A DNA stretch of 64,000 bases from Octopus vulgaris (GCA_951406725.2 OX597822.1:40238001-40302000), one strand, 5' to 3'. Counted from the stretch's first letter, positions 29,059 through 43,362 are shown. Translations and numbers: made by a program. The notes: generated from the letters alone by a model not told the origin.

Positions 29059-29590
29059 GATAGGTTGTTGAACAAGCAAATTTGAATTGAGAGGAAGAAA
29101 TTACAAGATAGCATAGAAGAATTTCAGATGAATATACATAGAAAATAAAAATGACATACTACGAGATAGACAGATAGACAGACAGACAGATACAAAGAGC
29201 AAAAGACCGAGAGAGAAACAGAAGAGACGGAGAAAGATAGATGTTTTGTGATAGAGAAAGAAACGAGGAGAAAAGATAGAAGATAAGAAAGAGAAAATAA
29301 AAGACGAGAAACTATATAGATTGTGATCACATTCGCATGACACTGAAAACTAGGTTTTTGGATTCCGGTGTAACAGATACCTGGCATTATCTTCTGAGAA
29401 TTCCTTCCCAAACATTTCTTTCTCTGCCGTTAGTTCAAATGAAATCAACACAACATTCTCTTTCGTCTTCAGATTCTGATTTGCTGACAGTTCTGTTTAA
29501 TTCAATGCCAGGATATGAAAATGCGGCATGTGAAATGTGAAAGCTGTCTGAACTCTGTGATAGTAAAGAAAAAAGAAAATTATATATATA

Positions 29591-29818
29591 CAGTAAACCC
29601 TCGACTATCGCGGGTGTTACGTTCCAAAAACCTCCGCGATAGGTGAAAATCCGGAAAGTAGAAACAGTACTGTATATTTATTCTATTATTTTTATAATTT
29701 GTATATATTTAGTTTATTATAAATGCAAAACAACACCACAGAGGAATTGACGTAAGCTTAAACCTATCGCGTAAGATAAACCGCGATAGGTGAACCGCGA
29801 TGTGGCGAGGGATTATTG
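29591..29818. mobile_element. Tigger/pogo-like MITE
   Basis: Imperfect TIRs cagtaaaccctcgactatcgcgg and ccgcgatgtggcgagggattattg, TA flanks, internal ccgcgataggtgaa repeated twice. Second copy at 42756. Confidence 0.8.
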
Positions 29819-30159
29819 TATTTATATATACTCTCAGGTTGGCTGTATGCGGCCGTGGTTATGCTAGAGCACCACCATGGTTATATATATATGTGTGTGT
29901 GTGTTTGTGAGTGAGTGTGTGTATGTATTTGTGTGTGTATATATATTGTGTGTGTGTGTATTGTATAGATGCATGTATGTCTTTGCGCATATGTTTTGTC
30001 CACCACAACCGCTTGACAACTGGTGTTGGTTTGCTTACGTTCCCGTAACATAACGGTTCGGCATAAGTGACCTATAGAATATGAACCAGGCTTAAAATCG
30101 ACCCCCGTGGTCTTTTCCGTAAGCTTTTCTTTCTACGTATAAACCTAATATTTATTTAT

Positions 30160-30560
<401 letters not shown>

Positions 30561-30807
30561 TCTGTTTTGCTGTCTACCTGTCTATCTCTCTGTCTATTTG
30601 TCTGTATGTCTATCTATCTTGCTGTCTCTGTCTCTCTGTCTATCGACCCATTCGTATTTGCATATCTATCATTCTGTCTGTTGTTTGTTAGCCTGTCTAG
30701 CTACATATTTTCCCTATCACTTTATTTTCTTATCTGTCTCTACGCATATTTGTCCGTCAGACTCGTCTTCATCTGTATGTGAGACTGTCATGCACAAATG
30801 GCCGCAT

Positions 30808-30844
<37 letters not shown>

Positions 30845-31554
30845 TACAACCATAATCACACACCTTCCTGCATTGACTTACCTCTACACATAAGCACATT
30901 CTCGGCTTCATACACGTGTGTAAAAGGTCACGTTAAAGAAAATCAGAAACATCTCGTTGTAAGTGAAGTTTTTCTATTTCCATGTCTGAATGTATAAAAT
31001 AAAAACAACTTGTGATGCCGGAAGTAACCTAGAAAAACAACAGAGAACACAAAGTCAAGGAACTGTCTCTGGAATCTGATTTTTGTTGTTCTGGCTAATT
31101 GTTATTGTTGTTGTTAAGGTAGCTAAGTGTGTTGCTATGGATGTTGTTGTGGTTGTTGATGGTAAACTTTTCTTTTCTCTGTTTTTGTTGCTAAGAATGT
31201 CAGTATGCCTTAAAAAAATACGTTGCTGTCGACTGGCTTCGAGAGAGAGAGAGCTGCATATGCAAACACACGTTCACATATAATTTTATACATACAAGTA
31301 CACATATGTACATATAACTATGCCCACATAAACACATAGGTGCATATGCGCCAATCCACACATACACACATATGGGCGCACGAACACCTTTAACCATACA
31401 CGCATGCATACATATACCCATGCACATACACGTATCAAACACACACATACTTATATATACCTGTATATATGCATATACAAACGCATGCGCACATATATCT
31501 ATACACACACACACACATGAACATATACACACACTTACATATATATACATATAT

Positions 31555-31712
31555 ACGATGGGCTTCTTTCAGTTTGTCTACCAAATCCACTCACAAGGCT
31601 TTGGCCCGAGGCTATAGCAGAAAACACTCGCCCAAGGTGCCACGCGGTGGGACGGAACCAAGAACCATCTTGTTGGTAAGCAAGCTACTTACCACACAGC
31701 CACTCCTGCGCC
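31555..31712 (-). mobile_element. SINE-A 5' half
   Basis: ggcttctttcagtttgtctaccaaatccactcacaaggc...accacacagccactcctgcgcc. Confidence 0.85.
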
Positions 31713-31826
31713 CAACCTTTTCCTAGTAAAGAACAATAAGCATGATCTCCACTAAAACGTATTCAGCAATCATTTAGATTAATGTTAAATTGTTTTTCTA
31801 TATAACTTCACATAAAAACAAACAGA

Positions 31827-32220
31827 GGCGCAGGCGTGGTGGTGTGGTAAGAAGCTTGCTTCTCGACCACATAGTTCCGGGTCCAGTCCCACTGTGCGGC
31901 ACCTTGGGGGAAGTGCCTTCTGCCATAGCCTTACACTGACCAAAGCCTTGTGAGTGGATTTGGTAGACGGAAACTGAAAGCCCGACGTATATATATAAGC
32001 ATGAATGTATGTATCGCTTGACAACCGATGTTGGTGTGTTTACGTCCCCGTATTTTAGTAGTTAATCTAGTAGGTAGTCTATCGTCCCCTTAGCTGTTCA
32101 GCAAAAAGACCGATAGACTACCTACTAGATTAACTACTAAATTACGGGGACGTAAACACACCAACATCGGTTGTCAAGCGATAGTGGGTGAAGAAACACA
32201 GACTCACAAATACATACATG

Positions 32221-32284
<64 letters not shown>

Positions 32285-32420
32285 GGCGGGCTTCTTTCGG
32301 TTTCCGTCTACCAAATCCAGTCAAAAGGTTTTGGTCGGCCCGAGGCTACAATAGAAGACACTTGCCCAACGTGCCACGCAGTGGAACTGAACTCGGTACC
32401 ACGTGGTTGTGAAGCAAGCT
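31827..32420. mobile_element. Tail-to-tail SINE-A pair (plus 31827-32058, minus ~32137-32420) forming a palindrome
   Basis: Both arms match SINE-A. Central 73 bp arms differ at one position. Confidence 0.88.
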
Positions 32421-32457
32421 TAAAAGTCTGATGCTCTACCGACTGACCTATCCGGGC
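32420..32457 (-). pseudogene. 5' half of tRNA-Lys(UUU) fused to a SINE
   Basis: gcccggataggtcagtcggtagagcatcagacttttaa matches the first 38 nt of canonical metazoan tRNA-Lys-TTT with one mismatch. The 3' half is absent. Confidence 0.85.
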
Positions 32458-32489
32458 TATATATATATATATATATATATGAATGATCG

Positions 32490-32650
32490 ATCGCTAGCCA
32501 CTAAACCTTTTTGTAATTTTCTCTGTCTGTTTATTTCTGTGTTCCTTTCTGTTGACGAGCATAGGCTCGAAACGTAAAAGACTTTCTCACTTCCCGAGCG
32601 TTAAACTAATACATCTTCTTTTGCTTAGTTTTTCCTGTGAATTCCAACTA
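32490..32650 (+). mobile_element. Short PLE-type repeat (family H) with hammerhead-like motif at 32545-32580
   Basis: cttt|CTGTTGAC|gagc-atag-gctc|GAAA-CG-TA|aaag followed by gagcgttaaactaatacatc, shared with 3250-3455 and 60600-60790. Confidence 0.65.
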
Positions 32651-32651
32651 A

Positions 32652-32741
<90 letters not shown>

Positions 32742-32794
32742 AGTGTTGTGTATGGAAGATGGAATATACGCGAATTCGTTTTATCTATCTATCT

Positions 32795-32835
<41 letters not shown>

Positions 32836-34224
32836 CTACAAAAACATTACAAAAATATCACAAAACACTGCTCCTCTAGTTTCATGTTCCTATCCATATA
32901 TTTGGAATTAAACGAACACGGCATTTTTCCTTTTCCCGTTTGAAATAGCATTTCACACCTTAACTACTTATAACATCCTTGTGATCTCCCTAATAGCAAT
33001 GCTATCATTTGTCCTTAAATAAACGAAATATGCACTAATTCAATATATCGGATCATGTCTTTCCAATAAAATAGCTCGATTGGAAAAGAAAAATATAATA
33101 TTCCTCTTTTCTCTTGACACATTAATTACCATCATGGCGTTTCAAAACGCACTCACACGAGTCCATGCATGTATACACACACACACACACGCATGCACTC
33201 GCAGGCACTTCAACAGATAATGATAGACATATATACGTACGATAACATTTACGCACAACCCATAAACATCACAGATTTTCACCAATAAAACGGTCAAAAG
33301 ACATACACATGTTGACACCTGAAAACAGAACAGAAAACCGTCACTATTTTCGAAGAATTGAATATGAAATTGAATATTTAAAAATGCCTTACTTCACATT
33401 ACCTGAAGAACCTTTTAAGGGCGAAACTAATAGTTATCACGCATTGACGTAATATCAAACTGTAAGCAAAATATATGGCGTTCTGTAAGCTACCATTGCG
33501 TTAACCTTTCTGCTTTTAATTGCTTACATACGTACCTTGTATAACATATATTATATATGTGTATGAGAGCGAGAAAGCACACGCAGACATACACACACAC
33601 ATATACAGAGATTAAAACCTCTATCAGCCCGTAACAAACTTAATTTCACAGAATTGGACAGACATCACTTTTCCCACCTTCTCCCTCGCACTCCAACATA
33701 TTTCTCTATCGCTCATCCTTTCTCATTTCTGTACTTTTCCTATCCTTCTCAACCCCTTCTATTTCTACTTCTAACTATTTATTCCCTCTTACTTTTCCTC
33801 CTTCATGCATCTCTCGCTATATTCTCCTTTCTGCTCGATCTATCCTTCCCTTTTCCTCTGTTGCTCTATCTCTATATCTTCCTCCTTTTTGATTCCCAAT
33901 TATCTCTTAGTATATCCCTTTCCTCCCTCCCCTCGTCTCCCTCCTCTACTTTTTTCTTCTTCTCTTTCTTTCTTTCTTTCTTTCTTTCTCTCTCACACAC
34001 ACACACACACACTCTCTCTCTCTTATACGCACGCACACACACATTCTATTACATACACTTTTACGTTACCAACATATTTATGCGTAAAATACATCTGCAA
34101 AGCTGCAAACGGTGACGGAAGAGACTATGAGCGGGTGGGAGACCAGGGTAGCTATGACGAGTGGACAAAGGGTGCGAAGCAGGGAGCGTAGGGTAGACAG
34201 TTTAGTTAAATGTAGACAGACGTA

Positions 34225-34268
<44 letters not shown>

Positions 34269-34672
34269 AATGTTTCAGTGGTGATGACGAGTGTGTGTGT
34301 ATCCTCACTCTGACAGCGGAATACAACAGCTGCGAAAACATTTCTTAAATTAATTTCAAGAATGAAAAATAAAACACATATGTACATTTGTGAATTTATA
34401 TACATACATATATACATACATACATACATACATATATACATATATCTATGTATGTATATATGCATACATACATATATGCTTATATATGTACATGCATACA
34501 TATATGCCTATATATGTACATGCATGCATATATGCTTATATATGTATATGCATACATAAGTTTATATATATACACATATATGCTTATATTATATATATTA
34601 TACATATATGCTTATATATACATACATATATGCTTATATATATGCATAAATACATATATACTTACACACACT

Positions 34673-34712
<40 letters not shown>

Positions 34713-35516
34713 CACGCACACGTATCTATCTATCTATCTATCTAGCTATCTATATATATATATATATATATATATACGCACACGTATCTATGCATGTCGA
34801 GTCTCGTATACAGCTAAGCTCCTTAAAAGTGGCCAGTCTCTGACAGCCATAACAAACAACCTTCTATCTATCTATCTATCTATCTATCTATTGTTTATTT
34901 GTAACGAACTGATTAAATGTACTAAATGCATAATGTTTCGCGCAATTTCACTTATACGGCTGATGCTTTCCGCCATTATTGTAACTTTCGCGAATTTTCT
35001 ATCAAACAAGGCAGCCATCTTGATTAATATCAAATTTGTTTATATCTGTGACGCTTTCAGAATCTCAGTATTTCACTTGTTAACACCGACAGCGTTAGTA
35101 AGACACCGCGTGTCGTAATTTCTATAATAACCTTCGCTGAAACATATCTAACCTATTTTAAAACATAGAAATCTTTAGCAACTGGTTTTGCTAGATCTAG
35201 CTTTAGTACTAGGCCGAAATAAGTACATTATAATCACACCAAATAATACCATAATTGAAATCAGATAAATGTACAGACACTTGTTGGTAGCAGTATCCTA
35301 TACTGATCTGGGCGTACTTCTCCGCCTTCCGTGTGAGATTACGTACGCAGTAACTCAAGCAACTTCACACTCTTAAGAAAGATATGTTCTCGCTTGCGCC
35401 ATGTAACATAATAGTTACAAGAAAATCTAAAAGAAAAACAGGCCAAATCAAGCTAATATCCTATTCTTTCTGCCAGGTCAAGTAAAGATGCTGATATATA
35501 TATATATATATATATA

Positions 35517-35797
35517 GTTAGAGCAGCGGATTCGCGGTTGTAGGATCGCGGTTTCGATTCCCAGATCGGGAATTGTGAGTGTTTAAAAAAAAAAGAAGCT
35601 CCACGAGGCTCCGGCAGATGTTGGTGGCGATCCCTGCTGTACTCTATCGCCACAACTTTCTCTCACTCTTACTTCTGTTGGCCTGCTCGCTTAGCCAGCG
35701 GGGTGGCGTCATTTGAAGGCTAAAACAATGCGAAGCGCATTGTGACCAGCGATGTGTAGCAACATCTGTTAGCCTCTGTCGGTCACGTGATCACATG
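35517..35797 (+). mobile_element. SINE-C with tail type 2, within (TA)n
   Basis: Matches the reverse complement of 45844-46151. Confidence 0.88.
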
Positions 35798-36179
35798 ATA
35801 TATATATATATATAGATATATATATATATATATATGCTTTTTTTTCCAGTTGAGAATTAGCGCTTCTTATATGTAACAAATACGACTTGGAATACCAAAA
35901 CATTGCCAACTTATTATTGTTTAATATATACTCTAGTTCACTGATATGTATATCCCTCGAACGGTGTAATGAAATAATGTCTCAGTAAGATTTTGTTATT
36001 CAACCAGACTAAACTAATTTTAATTACAGGGAATACCACCAGTCAACAATGTGTCGAACAAAGTACATAAAGAGTGGAATCCTTTCTGGGATTCTTCACC
36101 ATCCCTGCCTAAGGTATATCCAAGGAGAGGAATAGGAAATTCTGAATAATGCTGTGTGTGCCCACACATATACTCACAT

Positions 36180-36510
36180 ATTCTTTAACTTGCTTCAGTC
36201 ATTGGATTGCAGTCATGCTGACACACCGCCATGGTGTATTTCAGAGGAGCAAATTGCATCCCACTCCACTACGTGCTTATTTTTAAGCCTAGTACTTAGT
36301 ATATCGGTGTCTGTTACTGAACGGCAAAATTTTGGTAACGTAACCACGTCAGCAGCGGATGTCGTGCGGTGGACAAACACAAAGACACACAAAACACATA
36401 TATTTTCAATTATATACGACGGTCTTCGAGCTTTTCTCTACAAAAGCCCGGGGCTATAGTAGTCAGGGCTTAGCTATAAGGTGCTAATTAGTGGAAATGA
36501 ACCCAAGTTC
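36180..36510 (-). mobile_element. SINE-A, decayed
   Basis: aagcctagtactt...tatcggtgtctgttactgaacggc...ggaaatgaaccc. Confidence 0.7.
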
Positions 36511-36872
36511 ACTTCCGTCTGTTTGTTTGTCTGTCTGGCTCTCTCTTTCTCTCTGTACACACACACGTAAATGTCAAACATTATGAATGAGTGCTCAACA
36601 CCTCATTGGTGGATAGAATTTCTGTATTTATTCGTGAAATTGGTTTCATGTTAAAAAATTAACCAATTAACTTGAAACCAATTAACAATTAACCAATTAT
36701 ATATATGTGAGTGTGTGTGCGTGTGATTTAATGTACACTGTATTTTAAAATGAGCTACTGATAGTTTCTTGCTCTTGAGGCACTAGGTTAGGTAGATTTC
36801 ATAACGTGCCTCGTGTCTCTAAGCAATCTTTAAGCTCTGAGCACATAGTTTGTTCTATTCAATTATACATTG

Positions 36873-37135
36873 GCCCTCCGTCGGTTACGATGATGAGTGT
36901 TTTAGTTGATTCGGTCAACACGATTACCTTTAACGTAGTTCTCGAGGAGATTCAGTGTGAGATAGAATGAGGCAAGGATGGCACTTTGAATAAAAGTACA
37001 CCTCATTTGTAATAGCTGCGTGGCTTGGAGTAACGTGAAATAAAGTTTTTTTGCGCAAGGACACAATGCGCCGCCGAGAATCGAACGCACGACCTTAAAA
37101 CCGCAATCCAAATACCCTAACTACTAAGTCACGCA
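36873..37135 (-). mobile_element. SINE with tRNA head, CORE-like middle and tail type 1
   Basis: Minus strand gttcgattctcggcggcgcattgtgtccttgcgcaaaaaacttt...tcgtaaccgacggag. Confidence 0.78.
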
Positions 37136-37723
37136 CACACTCACAGTTATTGTTGTATAAATGAAAGAAAGCGCTCGATTGTGAAATGCGTGCTAATCTA
37201 CAATCTCCACTTTGAACACGTACATACAGACACTGGAATATTCATATGCAGACACCGGAACACTCATATACAGACACACGCACACACATACATACATACT
37301 ACAGAGTCTCTAACAGCTCATCAGTTAAACGCATGATAATTCAGTCCTAGAGTAAGTCTGGCATATCATTGATTGTAAGTACATATAGCAATGTATAATT
37401 GATATGTTAAAAATAACAGAACAAAAATAGTTGACAGCAGAATACAGAAAAGAATAACGAATGTGAAACAGTTGATAATAGAAAACATTTGAGATTAATA
37501 CTGCAGACATATTTGATGGCAGCAAAACAAAAAACATGATAATGTCGTTGCTATATTACTGTGACTGTGACGTTTCTTGCTTGAAACGCTCTTCAGGTGT
37601 AACATCTGATTTTAGCGACGAGGTGTGAAAGTTTCGAGTGTTTGAACGTGATATGTTAATAAATTTTAACACTTGAGGTTTGTAGTCGCACACACACACA
37701 CACACTTTATTTTGACTTGCGAC

Positions 37724-37802
37724 ACTACTACTGCTACTACTACTACTGCTTCTACTACTATTACTACTGCTGCTGCTGCTACTATTACTACTACTGCTGC
37801 TG

Positions 37803-37838
<36 letters not shown>
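37724..37838. repeat. (CTA)n/(CTG)n trinucleotide tract
   Basis: Direct reading. Confidence 0.92.
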
Positions 37839-37839
<1 letters not shown>

Positions 37840-39142
37840 AAGTAATTGCATAAATATATACATATAATATACTACTATGGCTACTACAAAAAGAACACAC
37901 ACGTATGTGTATTGCATAGGTCTCTCCCTCCCTCCCTCTCTCTATGCAGATAGATCAGTTACATACATTGCTTGCTAGGTTAGTAGATAATGGTTAGCTA
38001 GGTCTTCGCTAAGTGCGTTGACCACAAGTTCTAATTTATTCCTTGTGTTCGTTTTATCACACATCTTCGTTCCTAAACTATTTGAGTGTACCAAAGAACG
38101 GAATGGAGTGCTGCGCAAATCTAATAGAATTCGTTGCCAATATTTCACTTCTACTTTCACCTCACTCCTGATTTGATTAGCAAAGCGATATATGGGCGCC
38201 ATCTTGTTGCTGCTTCCCGCTCTTCATCTTATGGCTATATTTGTGTGTTAACGCGTGTGTGTGTGTGTGTGTAAATGTATAAGTATGTAATCATGTGTAT
38301 GAGTGTAAATTTGTATGTTGGCATGTGTATGTGCGTAAAATCTTATGTAGGTGTGTACATGTATGTGTGCGATTTTGTATCTCTGTGTAAATATCTTTCT
38401 GTATGTGTATGAGTGTCTACGCGTGTTGCATGTTTTTACGTGTATTTTATGTGTATACACTTACATAGCTAGGCTTTGCTGTATGTTTATACTGACTTCT
38501 GCATAGATATTTGTGCAGAACATTTTAGTATTCTTTGGTGAATGGAATGTGCTGTTGTGTATTTGTCTGTATAAATGTGCTCATCGATGTATGTGTGCAT
38601 GCATCTATAACACTGTGTTTGCATTGCATTTATGTATGTATCTATATATATATATATATATTTGCTTTAGTGTATTTTCGTTTACAATTATGCGTGTGTA
38701 CACGCGTGAATGCATGTGTATATATGTGCGTATTTGGGTGAAAGTACATATGGATATGTGTGATAGCTCAAGTGAATGTGTGTATATGAGTTTCTCACAC
38801 TATGTATCTTGATCTCAGTGCATGTATATATCGCATGTTCTCTCGCTTATCTCTTTCTCTCTCTCATTCTCGCTCTACCTCTCTCCTTTCTTTCTCAGTG
38901 TCTGTGTGAGTTCGTAGGTGTATGTGTAGATGTGTAGCTGTGTGCATCTATGTTTCTTTCCTTTCATTCAATATAAGCTATTTTTCTATGTTTATATTAT
39001 CATTCATTTTTCTTTGCCTCTTTGTCAGTGGGAGTGTTCGTGAAGGAGAGAAAGAGGGAGAACTATAGTAGAAGAGTGTTAGTAAGAGTACATGTCACTA
39101 TGCACATGATCTCTTATACTGTATACACATTTCCTTTCTATC

Positions 39143-39193
<51 letters not shown>

Positions 39194-39894
39194 TCTCTGT
39201 ATGTACGCATGTGATTATGTTACTATGATTTCGATACTGTGTTAGTTTAACTTGTTTTCTATGTTCGTTATTCTATCTGTAATGGCCGTTTCATTTATAA
39301 TCCATCCTCCTTAAAATTCCATTCCCTTCGGATTAGTTCGATAATCGTTCATTTATCTACTTATTTACTTTATTTATTTCGTTAGTCTTCCAGTTTCGTT
39401 GTTTTATCTGGGCGGTCATGTAAATCCACTACGAACTAGTCTTTTGAAAAGACGCATGCGCAATTCAAAGAGCAGCAGAAATCTGGTGAGTGTGAAGACG
39501 AGTAATGCACGAAGGAGTAGCGGCGGTGGTGGTATTGATGATGTTGTTGGGGATGAGAAGAGAAGCTGGACTGGAAATATAAGTGATTCTGAAGTGAAAC
39601 AAAATGGCGGATAAGATCTACAGGTTTTAGGAAGGGGAAGAAGATTAAGCAGAAAGAAGAAAAAAGAGAAGGAGAAAAATTGAAGTAAAATAGAACAGGA
39701 GAAACAGCGAAAAGTCCACTGGTAGTTATAGTAAGGTTCCATGAAGTCGGCCATACCTGGAGGCGTAACGTTCTTTTATTTAAGGCATGTAATACAATAT
39801 CTGTGTTCAGGATATATAAGGTGTCCACTTTCACTGGACAACAATGCAGTGGAGATAATGGAAACGGACAGGAATAAAATAAGATATCTATGCG

Positions 39895-40265
39895 TATGTA
39901 TATATGTGTATGTATAGGTATATATGTGTATGTATAGGTATGTATGTGTATGTATAAGTATGTGTATGTATAAGTATGTATGTGTATGTATAGGTATGTG
40001 TACATATAGGTATTTATGTGTATGTATAGGTATGTGTACATATAGGTATTTATATGTATGTATGTATAGGTATGTGTACATATAGGTATGTATGTGTACA
40101 TATAGGTGTGTATGTGTACATATAGGTGTGTATGTGTACATATAGGTGTGTGTGTACATATAGGTATGTATGTGTATACATATAGGTATGTATGTGTATA
40201 TATATAGGTATGTATGTGTATATATATATGTATGTATGTATATGTTAGTATAGGTATGTATGTCT
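39895..40265. repeat. Minisatellite of ~16-20 bp units (gtatgtgtacatataggt) grown from TATG repeats
   Basis: Repeated catataggt cores. Confidence 0.85.
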
Positions 40266-41153
40266 ATGCATATATATGTATGTGCAAGTACATGTGTATA
40301 CACATGTATGTGCATGCATAGATATGTTTGTATGCGTATGTATGTGTATGTACATGTGTGAATATATATGAGTTATATCTGTACGTATAAATATTTATGT
40401 TTGTATGTACGTATGTGTACATATGTATGAGAATGTGTGTGTGTGTGTATATATGTATATATATGTGCGTATGTACGATTGCATCTTATGAATCCCGAAG
40501 AAGGAAAGTAGGGTAAGTGAAGAGTCATGCTGAAATAGCATAAAGGTGACTGTGTTGGTGGTGTCGATGGTAAGGATAATTGGCATCGAGGGGGGCGGAG
40601 GCGAAGAGGCCAAGCAAAGGAAGGGAATGTATTCTGACACACACAGATGCACCTACATATTCAAACACACAGATACACACACATATATATGCATATACTA
40701 CAGGGTGCTTTTGGTTTCGATTGTCAGGCTGTCTTGTTGTATCAGACGCAAATGCCGGTCTCCCAGCACTGCGACTTAATCAGTTAAGACAGGCAGTTTG
40801 AATGTCGGCCTAATGGTTGACACAAGAGAATTATATATATATGTATGCATACGTATATTCATACAGAGACATATTAAGTACATACGTAGCACGCATGCGC
40901 ATTCATATAGAAATACATACACAGAAACACATTCCCTCATATATATATTTATGTTTATCACACATACACACAGATAAATGGATTGATAGATAGCTACATA
41001 TACTGCATTGTACTTACACACACGCATGCTCGCCTATCCTTTCATTATATACATGATATATATTTATACACACACACGTGATGCTTCAGCATGGCCGCAG
41101 TCCAGTCAAATGACTGAAACAAGTAAACGAATAAAGATTATATATATATATAT

Positions 41154-41484
41154 AGGTGTTGGAGTGGCTGTGTGGTAAGTAGCTTGCTTACCAACCACAT
41201 GGTTCCGGGTTCAGTCCCACTGCGTGGCACCTTGGGCACGTATCTTCTACTAGAGCCTCGGGCCGACCAAAGCCTTGCGAGTGGATTTGGTAGACAGAAA
41301 CTAAAAGAAACCTGACATATATATATGTATATATGTGTGTGTTTGTGTGTCTGTGTTTGTACCTCCAGCATCGCTTGACAACTGATGCTGGTGTCTTTAC
41401 GCCCCCGTAGCTTAGCGGTTCGGCAAAAGAGACCGATAGAATAAGTACTAGGCTTGCAAAAAATAAGTCCTGGGGTCGATTTGC
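41154..41484 (+). mobile_element. SINE-A lacking its last ~65 bp
   Basis: ggagtggctgtgtggtaagtagcttgc...ggttcagtcccactgcgtggcaccttgggca...ggggtcgatttgc. Confidence 0.88.
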
Positions 41485-42137
41485 CTTACATTCTCTCTCT
41501 TTCTGTCTCTCTCTCTCACACACTCACACACACGTAGGAGAAGAGAAAAAACGTTATGACATTTGAATGATATATAAAGTAGACTAGTGACATGGTAGCT
41601 TTGGTTCTGAAATGGGAGTTCAATGTTAATGTAGGAAGACATTCGGTATTATTTCTTACTACAACAGACATTCATTGTTGGTCGGAGACAAGGCCTTGTA
41701 TTTCTACTCACCAACCAATATTAGTTTGTTTTATTATATAAGACTTTACCAGTTTGAATGAAGATATATTCCGTTATTCTGTTATGTGGTTCAGCCCTGT
41801 GACTTATATATATAAGCAGTACAGCAGATGAACACCAGTAGGCTTAATAGTATATTTACATGGACAATAAAATACAGAAATGCAGATTATAGAACAAAGA
41901 AACAATACCAACGGGAAGAGTTATGTAATAGTCTTATCTTGACATTTGTTTCGAGAGCACCAGGACTTATACCGTAACCACCTTCACACCTAATAAAGAA
42001 CCGTGATGTCGTAGGTGTATGCAATAACATAAGTTTCTATTGATCTGCTAGAATTTTCTCATGTATCACGGTGGATATCTATACCATACTTTGCGTTCTC
42101 TCTTTTTCTCTCTCTGTCTCTCTCTTACACACACACA

Positions 42138-42176
<39 letters not shown>

Positions 42177-42640
42177 TGTGTGTGTGTGTGTGTGCGCGCG
42201 CGCGCGTATGTTGTATTTATGAATATTGGCCCTACAACCGAATCAAGTTTTTCAAGTTTGTCTTTGAAATCACCTCAGGGCAATAGTGGAAGAGTTCAAA
42301 GAGGAACATCAAATGGTTTAATCCGTCGCAGGTCCAATATTCAAAGAGAGATAATTAAGCACTATATATATGTATATATTGAGTACTTTATTGAATATCA
42401 AGTATTTAAGCAACATCTTGAAAGATGGGGGTTATTTCGTAGAATTTATTTGCATAAATATTATGTGTGTGTGTGTGTGTCTGTGTGTGTCTGTATGTTT
42501 GCTATGTAGATATGTGTATGGCTACAATGTAGCCACAAAAATGAACATTGCTGACGCGTTAGTAACATACGCCGTCACTGTCGGTTTTCGTCTAACATTT
42601 ATGCGTATAAAATCGAACTCAAAACATGAGTATAATCTAC

Positions 42641-42682
<42 letters not shown>

Positions 42683-42755
42683 CGCAGAAACTAGAGTGAC
42701 TTATGGGCCGAGAGTTTCGTGTATTTGCATTCATAAACTTGAATATATATATATT

Positions 42756-43362
42756 CAGTAACCTCTCGACTATCGCGAGTGTTAAGTTCCAATACCCTTG
42801 CGAATTAGAAGCAGTAATGTACTGTATATATTTTTTTATTTTTATAATTTATTCTTTTATTCTTTTTATTCTTTAATTTGTTTCAGTCGTTTGACTGCGG
42901 CCATGCTAGAGCACCGCCTTTAGTCGAACAAATTGACCCCAGGACTTATTCTTTGTAAGCCTAGTACTTATTCTATCGGTATCTCCTGCCGAACCGCTAG
43001 GTTACAAGGACATGAGCACACACCAACATCGGTTGTCAAACGTTGGTGGAGGGGACAAACGCACAAACATACACCCCCACACACATATACGACGGGCTTC
43101 TTTCAGTTTCCGTCTACCAAATCCATTCACAAATCTTTGGTCGGCCCGAGGCTATAGAAGACTCTTGCCCAAGGTGCTACGCAGTGAGACTGAACGCGGA
43201 ACCATGTGGCTGGTAAGCAAGCTACTTACCACGCAGACACTCCTGTGGCTTATTTGTATATATGTATTTTATTATAAATGCAAAACAACACCACAGAAGA
43301 ATCAACGTAAGCTTAAATAATAAACCGCGATAGGTGAATTGCGATATAGTGAGGGATTAGTG
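42756..43362. mobile_element. Second copy of the Tigger-like MITE, split by a SINE-A insertion
   Basis: 42756-42850 and 43251-43362 align colinearly to 29591-29818. Confidence 0.8.
42848..43250 (-). mobile_element. SINE-A, full length, inserted in a MITE
   Basis: Complete match to the other copies; (ttttattc)n tail. Confidence 0.9.
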
